Positions 28,730-36,085 of a stretch of DNA of 64,000 nucleotides are shown here, in pieces. The notes under the pieces were generated by a model, which was not told the DNA's origin, did not search any database, and was given only the letters and a program-made list of their open reading frames with translations. Made by a program: the position numbers and the translations under genes. This stretch comes from Escherichia phage EC100. The DNA is taken from sequence record NC_105587.1; one strand, given 5' to 3'. The first letter of the stretch is position 1. Each line of letters begins with the position of its first letter.

Positions 28730-29001
28730 GAGGTATATTTAAGTTTACCATCTTTATCTACTTTGATTTCGACTTCCGCCCGTGGTACTTGACGAACTAC
28801 ACCATGAATCATCTTATAGCGAATGCCTTTAGCTAGTTCATGATCTTTTGGAAAGACTTGCTTAACCGTTACTACCTTGTACCCATCACGCGGTGTTAGT
28901 ACAACTACTTGATCACCTTCTTTGATTTTCCAAGAGCCAGGAAATTCGTAAGTATAGCGTTGACCACCAGTTTGGAACACAACAGAAAGATAACGTTTCA
29001 T
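28708..29001 (-). CDS. hypothetical protein
   Basis: 97 aa; promoter upstream. Confidence 0.5.
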   Translation of the reverse strand: MKRYLSVVFQTGGQRYTYEFPGSWKIKEGDQVVVLTPRDGYKVVTVKQVFPKDHELAKGIRYKMIHGVVRQVPRAEVEIKVDKDGKLKYTSCLDELL

Positions 29002-29031
29002 TTGGCTTCCCTCTCATTATTTTATATAAAT

Positions 29032-29060
29032 ATTATAACAATAAATAAGAGAGAAAGCAA
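29032..29060 (-). promoter_or_regulatory. strong sigma70 early promoter
   Basis: TTGCTT/17 bp/TATAAT. Confidence 0.6.
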
Positions 29061-29075
29061 ATGAATTTTTAAATT

Positions 29076-29150
29076 TGGTGCTCCCACCAGGAATCGAACC
29101 CGGTTCAGATGCTTACAAGGCAACTGCATCGCCAACAATGCTTTAGGAGC
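29076..29150 (-). tRNA. tRNA-Thr (TGT)
   Basis: acceptor stem, T-arm CCGGG-TTCGATT-CCTGG, anticodon loop with TGT. Confidence 0.6.
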
Positions 29151-29161
29151 GATAGCCCGTT

Positions 29162-29326
29162 ATTTCAACGGGATTTCTTTTTCAATAACAGGAGACTTAT
29201 CAGTCATAACTGTCATTGCCATTTGTTGTAGAAATTCAAAGGTGAAGGCTACACGTTCTTCACCAATCTCTACTTCGACACGTTTCTTTTGTTTATCGAT
29301 CTTGACTTTTAGGTTATCAGCCATCT
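29162..29326 (-). CDS. small hypothetical protein
   Basis: ~54-aa ORF found manually, start overlaps upstream gene end. Confidence 0.35.
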
Positions 29327-29538
29327 TCGGGTTCTCGTTGCTGCGCTACTTCTAGCCAGTCTGGTAGAAGAAACTTTGTACGAAATTCTTCGTAAGTTTC
29401 TTTGGGATAAAAGCTAAAACCTCCTTTTTCGTCATTCAGGATAACAGAGCCGTCAGTTTGTTCATATGCTCGGTATGTTTCTCCAATAACAATAACTCGT
29501 TTATCGGTACTTTTATTACGAAATTCAAAAACGTGCAT
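29317..29538 (-). CDS. hypothetical protein
   Basis: 73-aa ORF. Confidence 0.45.
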   Translation of the reverse strand: MHVFEFRNKSTDKRVIVIGETYRAYEQTDGSVILNDEKGGFSFYPKETYEEFRTKFLLPDWLEVAQQREPEDG

Positions 29539-29554
29539 AACATTTCCTTAAAGT

Positions 29555-29630
29555 TGGAGCGGCTAGAGGGAATCGAACCCTACTCAGCGAGGCTTGGAAG
29601 GCCTGCGACACAACCCGTGTGCTTAACCGC
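29555..29630 (-). tRNA. tRNA-Gly (TCC)
   Basis: acceptor stem, anticodon loop CTTCCAA. Confidence 0.6.
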
Positions 29631-29638
29631 TTATTATT

Positions 29639-29714
29639 TGGCTGGAGAAGGAGGAATCGAACCTACCATTAACGGAGTCAAAGGCCGCTGTGCTAACCGT
29701 TACACTACTCTCCA
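29639..29714 (-). tRNA. tRNA-Gln (TTG)
   Basis: U1-A72 acceptor start typical of tRNA-Gln, anticodon loop with TTG. Confidence 0.6.
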
Positions 29715-29720
29715 ATTATT

Positions 29721-29796
29721 TGGCTGGGATGCCACGGATCGAACGTGGAACCTTCGGAGTCAGAGGCCGACGATCTGCCAATTGATCTACATCCCA
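29721..29796 (-). tRNA. tRNA-Gln (CTG)
   Basis: acceptor TGGGATG/CATCCCA, anticodon loop CTCTGAC. Confidence 0.6.
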
Positions 29797-29808
29797 ATAA
29801 TTTTTATT

Positions 29809-30003
29809 CTACGGAAAAATTGTTGTTGGCTCAGATTCTTCCAAACGTTTGCCTTCATGATCTACTCGAATAACTCCGCATCCCTCGCAAATCACAACAG
29901 CACCGTAGCCTTCTTTAACTTCAGCTTCTGTAATCAAACCAGAAAGATCACCAGTATCTCTGCCCCACATATCAATGGAGCATTGTTTGCAGAAATCAGC
30001 CAT
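29809..30003 (-). CDS. small Cys-rich (zinc-ribbon-like) protein
   Basis: 64 aa; 'CKQCS...CEGCG'. Confidence 0.45.
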   Translation of the reverse strand: MADFCKQCSIDMWGRDTGDLSGLITEAEVKEGYGAVVICEGCGVIRVDHEGKRLEESEPTTIFP

Positions 30004-30028
30004 ATTTTATTTCCTATTTAAGTTAATT

Positions 30029-30105
30029 TGGGGTGGCTAGTGGAATTCGAATCCACATAGGCCTGATTCACAATCAGGATCATTAACCAATTATGATATA
30101 GCCAC
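30029..30105 (-). tRNA. tRNA-His (GTG)
   Basis: acceptor GTGGCTA/TAGCCAC, anticodon arm CCTGA-TTGTGAA-TCAGG. Confidence 0.7.
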
Positions 30106-30470
30106 AATTGAAAACTCGCAGGGTTAGCGAAACCTTCCTCAATTAGCATGTTCTAGAATACTAATCAAGTTATCTCCTATTGCACGCAGCTCAAGACGAG
30201 TACGAATTTTCAATTGTGGCGGCTCTCAGAAACTCTTCTACTCTAGCCTTAGCAGCTTACTCCCGAACGCATGTCGGGGAAGTCTTACTAAGCGCATCAA
30301 ATAGCACCGTTACACTTTGAGCCATTGGTGTATCAAGAAGCAGAAGGACTTGAACCTTCACGAGATAGACCATTTATCTCAGCCGCTTTATGAGGTATGT
30401 TGCAGGGAGTGGATGTTCCCTATAAACCTTTTAGGCAGCCCCGTCTACCGATTCCGGCATACTTCAAGAT

Positions 30471-30565
30471 TTGGAGGTAGGTAAGGGGATCGAACCCTTA
30501 CACCGTATCACTACGATCAACCGATTTCAAGTCGGAGTCCAGCGCCAGCCATTGGATTGACCTAC
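30471..30565 (-). tRNA. tRNA-Ser (TGA), class II
   Basis: acceptor GGTAGGT/ACCTACC, long variable arm, anticodon loop CTTGAAA. Confidence 0.6.
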
Positions 30566-30577
30566 CATATAAGTTAT

Positions 30578-30668
30578 TTGGCGGAAGAGGAGGGATTTGA
30601 ACTCTCAAGCCGTTTTACCAGTCAGCCACTTTCCAAGCGGTTTTCGTCGCCAATTCGATTTGCTCTTC
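30578..30668 (-). tRNA. tRNA-Ser (GGA), class II
   Basis: acceptor GGAAGAG/CTCTTCC, long variable arm, anticodon loop TTGGAAA. Confidence 0.5.
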
Positions 30669-30689
30669 CAATAATAAGATGATGCCTCT

Positions 30690-30765
30690 ATCACACCAGG
30701 CAGTTACGCCTCGCTGGGATTCGAACCCATTAAAACAGCTCAACCGAGATAGTAGGTTTAATTTA
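30690..30765 (-). tRNA. tRNA-like element, identity unresolved
   Basis: canonical T-arm but no pairing acceptor partner found by hand. Confidence 0.3.
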
Positions 30766-30771
30766 CTCTGA

Positions 30772-30848
30772 CCATCAAATTTGGTGCGTGACAAGGGATT
30801 CGAACCCTCAAAACCCGACTTCTAAGGACGGTATGTATGCCAATTCCA
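30772..30848 (-). tRNA. tRNA, anticodon probably TAG (Leu?)
   Basis: acceptor GCGTGAT/GTCACGC and T-arm clear; D-arm atypical. Confidence 0.45.
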
Positions 30849-30853
30849 TCAAT

Positions 30854-30928
30854 CACGCGTATTTGGTGGACAAAGAGGGACTCGAACCCTCCCTACCAGA
30901 TTGCAAGTCTGGTGTGCTCCCGCTGACA
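30854..30928 (-). tRNA. tRNA-Ala (TGC)
   Basis: acceptor with G3-U70, anticodon arm CCAGA-CTTGCAA-TCTGG. Confidence 0.7.
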
Positions 30929-31176
30929 CTATTCGCCCAAATTCTTTAGTTTACTAAGGCTATTAGCTCGGCGTAACTACAGCACCTTCGCTTCGAGCGG
31001 AAGGAACTGCGTCATCTCGCAAACCCAATACACTATTCAGTTGCCACTGAATCTAGTGGACTAATCTAGAACTTCTCCCAAATCGTAGGGATCGTGCTTT
31101 TTGGCAGCCAGTCCTAGGTCGAGCTAATACCTTAGTGAACTATGATGAGGATTTCTCCTCATCAATTTATATAAAT

Positions 31177-31205
31177 ATTATAACAAGAAATTAAGCATCA
31201 AGCAA
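31177..31205 (-). promoter_or_regulatory. strong sigma70 early promoter
   Basis: TTGCTT/17 bp/TATAAT; reads into a tRNA/small-ORF block. Confidence 0.6.
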
Positions 31206-31223
31206 CTGCGTTTTTCTTGAAAT

Positions 31224-31302
31224 TGGTAGATCGCCTGGGACTCGAACCCAGAACCTTCCGATTAAAAGTCGGATGCTACTAAACCTATTGAGCTAGCGAT
31301 CT
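31224..31302 (-). tRNA. tRNA-Lys (TTT)
   Basis: acceptor AGATCGC/GCGATCT, anticodon arm TCCGA-CTTTTAA-TCGGA. Confidence 0.65.
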
Positions 31303-31303
31303 A

Positions 31304-31471
31304 TTAGTAACCATTGTATACTTCTTTAATAGAGTGAACTTTCAAGTAAGGGTGATTAGTATTAAACTCTGACATTACTTCATCCCAATTTTTACCATAA
31401 TGGGCAAGTAAAGATTTTGATGTATTCTTACCTAAACGTTTGTCACTTACTACTAATCGAAATACTTTCAT
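31304..31471 (-). CDS. small hypothetical protein
   Basis: ~55-aa ORF found manually between tRNA-Lys and tRNA-Met. Confidence 0.35.
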   Translation of the reverse strand: MKVFRLVVSDKRLGKNTSKSLLAHYGKNWDEVMSEFNTNHPYLKVHSIKEVYNGY

Positions 31472-31491
31472 TTCGAAATCCTCTATTAAAA

Positions 31492-31569
31492 TGGAAGCGG
31501 GTGCAGGAATCGAACCTACCTCTTTCTAGCTTATGAGACTAGCGATCTCTACCAGAGATCTAACCCGCA
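31492..31569 (-). tRNA. tRNA-Met/fMet/Ile2 (CAT)
   Basis: T-arm and anticodon arm CTAGT-CTCATAA-GCTAG; 5' acceptor register uncertain by 1 nt. Confidence 0.55.
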
Positions 31570-31575
31570 GTTGTT

Positions 31576-31653
31576 TGGTCTCCGTGGGAGGATTTGAACC
31601 CCCGACCCTATCGCCCCAAACGAAACGCTCTGGCCAAACTGAGCTACACGGAG
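31576..31653 (-). tRNA. tRNA-Pro (TGG)
   Basis: acceptor CTCCGTG/CACGGAG, anticodon loop TTTGGGG. Confidence 0.6.
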
Positions 31654-31814
31654 AATATTATTTCTTCAACCACAACAAAGATAAGCCCAGCATACTAAAG
31701 CTGCTAACTAATCCAATACATTTTTCTTCTATAGTAAAAGTATCTAGATTAAATGCTGTTATAGCTATTGGTATACACCATAATGCCATAAAAACTTGAG
31801 CTATCTTGTGTTTC
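31653..31814 (-). CDS. small membrane protein
   Basis: ~53-aa hydrophobic ORF found manually; promoter upstream. Confidence 0.4.
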
Positions 31815-31848
31815 ATTTTGCTTTCCTTCTCTTCACTTTATAAAATAT

Positions 31849-31877
31849 ATTATACAGAGAATTAAGCATAATAGCAA
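31849..31877 (-). promoter_or_regulatory. strong sigma70 early promoter
   Basis: TTGCTA/17 bp/TATAAT. Confidence 0.6.
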
Positions 31878-32269
31878 ATAAATTTTTAATAAATTTACTT
31901 ATTGTGTAGGCCACCTGGAGGCTATGAACCCCACGGCTGACAAAGAAGTTTGCGAGACCTCTCTTAAATGCCAGAATAGACCCGCCGATCTATCGGAACC
32001 TACATAATAAGTAAACTTTATAGTGTCATTCTAGACAGGACTCGAACCTGTTATCACTTGTGCGGACTTACGAGAACCATTCTTTCACTCGAATCGAACG
32101 AGCTTCTGCCCTCGCCAAGCTGGTTTCCCCATCAACCACGCTAGAATGTTTGATTGTTTTCAGTGCAAGAGTCCGAGTCTTGGACACGACCGCTTCGCAA
32201 GTACATAGGCAGCTTATCATGAGTCAGCACTTCCGAATTGCTAGCTCCGTGTTCTGCACTGAAATTTTG

Positions 32270-32617
32270 TTAATTTAATAGTAATGTATGATCTACTTCA
32301 CCATTAATTGTTCGGCATTCCTCTGGAATTGCTGGTGTAGTCTTATATTCCCACCATTCAGAACCATCATATTCACCACGTTCTAACCAAGTTCCATCAG
32401 TAAACCATACGTTACCATAAAGCAATTGTCCACCGAAACCAGAATCATATTTAAAGTCTAGATTATTTAGAAAATCTTCAATATCTTTTTCTGTATAACC
32501 TACGGGTAATACCCAAACTTCTTTGTCCCCATAATAACCGAATTCTATTTTAATACACTTAATTTCAGAATTAATATTCTTTAGGGCAAGTAATAATTCT
32601 TCTTTAGCATTAATCAT
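32270..32617 (-). CDS. hypothetical protein
   Basis: 115-aa ORF. Confidence 0.5.
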   Translation of the reverse strand: MINAKEELLLALKNINSEIKCIKIEFGYYGDKEVWVLPVGYTEKDIEDFLNNLDFKYDSGFGGQLLYGNVWFTDGTWLERGEYDGSEWWEYKTTPAIPEECRTINGEVDHTLLLN

Positions 32618-32643
32618 AGCATATTTCTCGTGCTAGTTTAGTT

Positions 32644-32719
32644 TGGTACACCCACTAGGACTTGAACCTAGAACCCTCCGCTTAAGAGGCGGTAGCTCTA
32701 ACCATTGAGCTATGGATGT
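32644..32719 (-). tRNA. tRNA, anticodon CTT (Lys?)
   Basis: acceptor ACATCCA/TGGGTGT, D-arm GCTC/GAGC, anticodon loop CTCTTAA. Confidence 0.5.
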
Positions 32720-32720
32720 A

Positions 32721-32879
32721 TTAAATTACTTTTTCCAGTTCATCAGCTATGGCTTTGATTTTTTCAAAGTTTACATCACTAATAATGATACCTTCCAGTG
32801 ATAGAGATATTCTAGCATTTTTCGTAGCAGATTCTTTTATCTGCTCTATATCTTCTGGAGTAAACTCTCTACGTTCCAT
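32721..32879 (-). CDS. small acidic protein
   Basis: ~52-aa ORF found manually next to a tRNA. Confidence 0.35.
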   Translation of the reverse strand: MERREFTPEDIEQIKESATKNARISLSLEGIIISDVNFEKIKAIADELEKVI

Positions 32880-32896
32880 AGCTAACCTACCTTATT

Positions 32897-32973
32897 TGGC
32901 GCGACCGATGGGATTTGAACCCACATTCCCTCCCGTGACAGGGGAGTACCATTACCAAGCCAGCCCCGGTCGC
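32897..32973 (-). tRNA. tRNA-Asp (GTC)
   Basis: acceptor GCGACCG/CGGTCGC, anticodon arm CTCCC-CTGTCAC-GGGAG. Confidence 0.65.
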
Positions 32974-32982
32974 ATAATTCAT

Positions 32983-33168
32983 TTACTCAGCTTTGAGTTT
33001 TTCAATAGCTGCATTAAGTTCTTTAAGAAACTCTTTTCGTACATTAAGACGGTTGAGACTTACTAGTATATCATGTTTAAGTTCTTCGATGTATTTCTTC
33101 TCAACTTCAATATTGTTGATAGTGCTATCACGATGAACTTCTAGCTGCGCAATTACATTCTTGGACAT
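32983..33168 (-). CDS. small coiled-coil protein
   Basis: 61-aa ORF. Confidence 0.4.
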   Translation of the reverse strand: MSKNVIAQLEVHRDSTINNIEVEKKYIEELKHDILVSLNRLNVRKEFLKELNAAIEKLKAE

Positions 33169-33270
33169 GCTTGTTTCCTCAGTTATTAATGAAAATGGTA
33201 TCTGTGGCTGGATTCGATGTCAGCAATGATAGCTGGTTGGCTACCGGTTTACTTAACTCTACACAGAATT

Positions 33271-33353
33271 TGGCGGGCCGTGTAGGATTCGAACCTACGT
33301 TGTCTTTCGACATGGATTAACAGTCCACCGCCAAACCGCTTGGCTAACGACCC
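33271..33353 (-). tRNA. tRNA, anticodon GTT (Asn?) with unusually long variable arm
   Basis: acceptor, D-arm, anticodon loop CTGTTAA, 13-nt variable region. Confidence 0.5.
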
Positions 33354-33505
33354 TGAATTTGTATTGCTGACTAGGATTTTCACCTAGACGGAGTTAGCAC
33401 CGTAGCGTGTAGCGGCATACCTCTCCAAACCGTGCCTCATCTTTCAATTACGGAGACAGTGTTCCTACGCGTGCCTGAATTGATTTAACAATTCTTTCAG
33501 CAAAT

Positions 33506-33581
33506 TGGACGACCGCATGAGATTTGAACTCACATAAAAAGGATTTGCAATCCTTCGCCTAAGCCATTCAGCCAACGGTCG
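33506..33581 (-). tRNA. tRNA-Cys (GCA)
   Basis: acceptor, anticodon arm AGGA-TTGCAAA-TCCT. Confidence 0.6.
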
Positions 33582-33629
33582 GTTTATCTTGTTCTGTCAT
33601 GTTGCTTCTCCAGTTCAATTTATGTAATT

Positions 33630-33658
33630 ATTATACAGAACTTTTGGAAACTAAGCAA
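33630..33658 (-). promoter_or_regulatory. strong sigma70 early promoter
   Basis: TTGCTT/17 bp/TATAAT. Confidence 0.6.
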
Positions 33659-33938
33659 CTACATTTTTTAAGAATTTGATGCCTTTCTTTTTCTTCTTAT
33701 ATTTCCACGTTAATGGATTCTGTCGATTATGAACGCTTGAGATCTTTGTCTCGTCAAAGTTCTTCAATACCATGTAATCACAAGATAATTGTTTTAATGG
33801 AATGTGATCACCGTCAAAAGCGTATACATAAGGCTGTTGACTAGCACGATAATGATAGACTTTGTTAATTCTACGTTTCAGCAACTTATCCGCGCAGTAA
33901 ATAAAGAAGTTTTCAGGATGCATCAGCAGCTCCCTCAA
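33651..33938 (-). CDS. hypothetical protein
   Basis: 95 aa; promoter upstream. Confidence 0.5.
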   Translation of the reverse strand: MRELLMHPENFFIYCADKLLKRRINKVYHYRASQQPYVYAFDGDHIPLKQLSCDYMVLKNFDETKISSVHNRQNPLTWKYKKKKKGIKFLKNVVA

Positions 33939-33940
33939 TT

Positions 33941-34015
33941 TGGTGCACCCTGTTCGTATCGAACGAACCTCTCAAGCTCTTCAGGCAAGCGCTAATCCAT
34001 CTCAGCTAAAGGTGC
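33941..34015 (-). tRNA. tRNA-Phe (GAA), tentative
   Basis: acceptor and D-arm fit; anticodon loop CTGAAGA but stem has two U-U mismatches. Confidence 0.45.
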
Positions 34016-34101
34016 AAATTTTGGCAGGGGTAAAGGTATTCGAAACCTTTTCATGGGTTTTGGAGGCCCATTTGCAACCTATGCGTACCCCAATTATTAA
34101 T

Positions 34102-34176
34102 TGGCACACCCAACGAGGATCGAACTCGTGTTCCCACTGTGAAAGAGTGGTGTCCTAACCGCTAGACGATAGGTGC
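34102..34176 (-). tRNA. tRNA-Glu (TTC)
   Basis: acceptor, anticodon arm CCACT-CTTTCAC-AGTGG. Confidence 0.6.
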
Positions 34177-34183
34177 ATTAAAT

Positions 34184-34271
34184 TGGTGGGCGTTAATGGA
34201 GTCGAACCACTCGAGTCGCAATGACCAGGGATTTACAATCCCCTCCGCTACCACTTACGGAATAAACGCCC
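34184..34271 (-). tRNA. tRNA-Tyr (GTA), class II
   Basis: acceptor GGGCGTT/AACGCCC, long variable arm, anticodon loop TTGTAAA. Confidence 0.6.
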
Positions 34272-34399
34272 ATATTTAGAAGTATTCAAATACTAGTTTA
34301 AACACTTTTAAATATGTTTCCAAATTAGATAACTATTATATCAAGTTTTAAGGCACTGAGCAAGTAAGATTTTGAAGAACTTGCTCAGTGCTGTATTAG

Positions 34400-34675
34400 T
34401 TAGTCGAACTTAGGAGTGACAGATAAGGAGAACGGAAGTTCAAAAACTTCTTCACCCTCATTACTAACGGTAACTACACGACCTTTAAGTTCAGACATTG
34501 AAATATCAATATCAGCTTTTGCATCTGGAGACATGCCAGCTTCAACACATTTAGCTTTAACTTCCGGAAGGAGTTCTACATCGTAGAAATAAAGCCATTC
34601 AATCTCACCTTCCCAGCCTTCCCAGGATTTACAGATTGCACTTTCAATACCAGTTGCTATAACACGATTTTGCAT
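34400..34675 (-). CDS. hypothetical protein
   Basis: 91 aa; promoter upstream. Confidence 0.5.
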   Translation of the reverse strand: MQNRVIATGIESAICKSWEGWEGEIEWLYFYDVELLPEVKAKCVEAGMSPDAKADIDISMSELKGRVVTVSNEGEEVFELPFSLSVTPKFD

Positions 34676-34705
34676 TCGTTAACTCCTTCATCAATTTATA
34701 TAACT

Positions 34706-34735
34706 ATTATACCAGAAATTTAAAGCAAAAGGCAA
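34706..34735 (-). promoter_or_regulatory. sigma70 early promoter
   Basis: TTGCCT/18 bp/TATAAT. Confidence 0.5.
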
Positions 34736-34765
34736 GTACATTTTTAAAAATTCTGTTCGGAGGAG

Positions 34766-34972
34766 CTAAACTCCAGATTCTTCTGCCAAGTCTAGACTAA
34801 TAAGAGTTATAGCCATAATTGCTGCACCGTGTTCTTTTTCTCCGGTGTTTTTAGCAGAGTCTATAATAGTCTTAATCTGTTCGTAATAGCCTTTTACTTC
34901 TTGTTCAATACCTGCCTCGGCTATCATGCCTTTAGTCATGATTCGTTGCATAGTAATTTCACGGTTAGCCAT
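34766..34972 (-). CDS. hypothetical protein
   Basis: 68-aa ORF. Confidence 0.45.
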   Translation of the reverse strand: MANREITMQRIMTKGMIAEAGIEQEVKGYYEQIKTIIDSAKNTGEKEHGAAIMAITLISLDLAEESGV

Positions 34973-35132
34973 GTTGTTTCTCCAGCTTCATTTTTAATAG
35001 TTTACAAATGAAATCAACGTCTTCATCTGTACCTAGATCTCTATCTTCAAGGGTTGCCTTGAAATTTTTCGTTAGTTCCATAAGAATAACTTCCCTAGAA
35101 CGACGTGTTGGCGGAGGTGGATGTCTATACAT
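34965..35132 (-). CDS. small proline-rich protein
   Basis: ~55-aa ORF found manually; AAGGA RBS; stop overlaps downstream start. Confidence 0.4.
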   Translation of the reverse strand: MYRHPPPPTRRSREVILMELTKNFKATLEDRDLGTDEDVDFICKLLKMKLEKQHG

Positions 35133-35161
35133 CTTAATTCCTTAACTTGGTAGGGGTTATA

Positions 35162-35845
35162 TCATCTATTTTTCTTAATACTTTTAGGATCTTTCCCTGT
35201 TAGGGACTTATACCTTTTCCTTAATCCAGTATCAGACAATCCTAGTTCTTTGGAGGCACGAATCCAGGAATATTTAGATACCCAGTACTCTATTTGCTCC
35301 ACAGTAATATCTGGATTTATAGTTATCTCTTTAGGAGTACATGATTTACAGTGTGTTGCTCTTGAGCTAATTTCGCAGTGACAAATAGCACACGTATTTA
35401 CAGTCCTTTCTGTATACCTGCCAATATTTTTGCCTGCATGAGTAGGTGTTAGTGCATGGCAATTTGGGCATAGGAAGGCTAAGTTATCCCATTCATTATT
35501 ATAGTGATTTCCATCCTTGTGTTCAAGTTCTAAAGGAATTGGTTTATCTAACCAACTTTCTAAGCCACAACTCTCACATTTATGTGGTTTTAGCCCCTCG
35601 TTAAGAATTTTATTCTTTAGTTTATAGGAAGAAATAGGGCTGCCGTTATATAAATACTCTGTTGCAGACTTATATTTATTATCATACTGCCTATTCGCAG
35701 GAATAACTACTATTCCTAGTTTTCCTAAATATGCTTCCAAAGTGTTCGAGGAGCAGGATAGCATTCTTGCTATCTCTGCTTTAGATTTTCCCTGAGCTAT
35801 CCACTGAGCTATTTCTTCCTTTCTATCTAGTATATCAGTTCTCAT
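35162..35845 (-). CDS. HNH homing endonuclease with N-terminal HTH
   Basis: 227 aa; 'ELEHKDGNHYNNEWDNLAFLCPNCH' plus extra Cys pairs; embedded in tRNA cluster. Confidence 0.7.
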   Translation of the reverse strand: MRTDILDRKEEIAQWIAQGKSKAEIARMLSCSSNTLEAYLGKLGIVVIPANRQYDNKYKSATEYLYNGSPISSYKLKNKILNEGLKPHKCESCGLESWLDKPIPLELEHKDGNHYNNEWDNLAFLCPNCHALTPTHAGKNIGRYTERTVNTCAICHCEISSRATHCKSCTPKEITINPDITVEQIEYWVSKYSWIRASKELGLSDTGLRKRYKSLTGKDPKSIKKNR

Positions 35846-35868
35846 AGTTTATGACTTTATAATTAAGT

Positions 35869-35946
35869 TGGTGGCTCCCCGAGGATTCGAACCTACGTAC
35901 CTTCCGGTTATGAGCCGGGTGCTCATACCATATGAGCTTGAGAACC
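35869..35946 (-). tRNA. tRNA-Met/Ile2 (CAT)
   Basis: acceptor GGTTCTC/GGGAGCC with G-U pairs, anticodon arm CCGG-CTCATAA-CCGG; weak T-stem. Confidence 0.5.
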
Positions 35947-35951
35947 AAAAT

Positions 35952-36041
35952 CTGGCGGAAGAAGTGGGAATCGAACCCACAAGGCTATATTTCAAACCGA
36001 CAGATTAGCAATCTGCTGCAATACCGTTATGCTATTCTTCC
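35952..36041 (-). tRNA. tRNA-Ser (GCT), class II
   Basis: acceptor GGAAGAA/TTCTTCC, long variable arm, anticodon loop TTGCTAA. Confidence 0.6.
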
Positions 36042-36056
36042 GAATTTATAAGATAT

Positions 36057-36085
36057 ATTATATTAGAAATTTAGCTTCATAGCAA
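36057..36085 (-). promoter_or_regulatory. strong sigma70 early promoter
   Basis: TTGCTA/17 bp/TATAAT; reads into tRNA-Ser/tRNA-Met. Confidence 0.6.

Noticed and set aside
32018-32137. Group I intron inside a tRNA gene
   Set aside because: Enclosed insert (~105 nt) is far shorter than group I introns and no anticodon-loop insertion point could be defined; kept as a tRNA-like structured RNA candidate.
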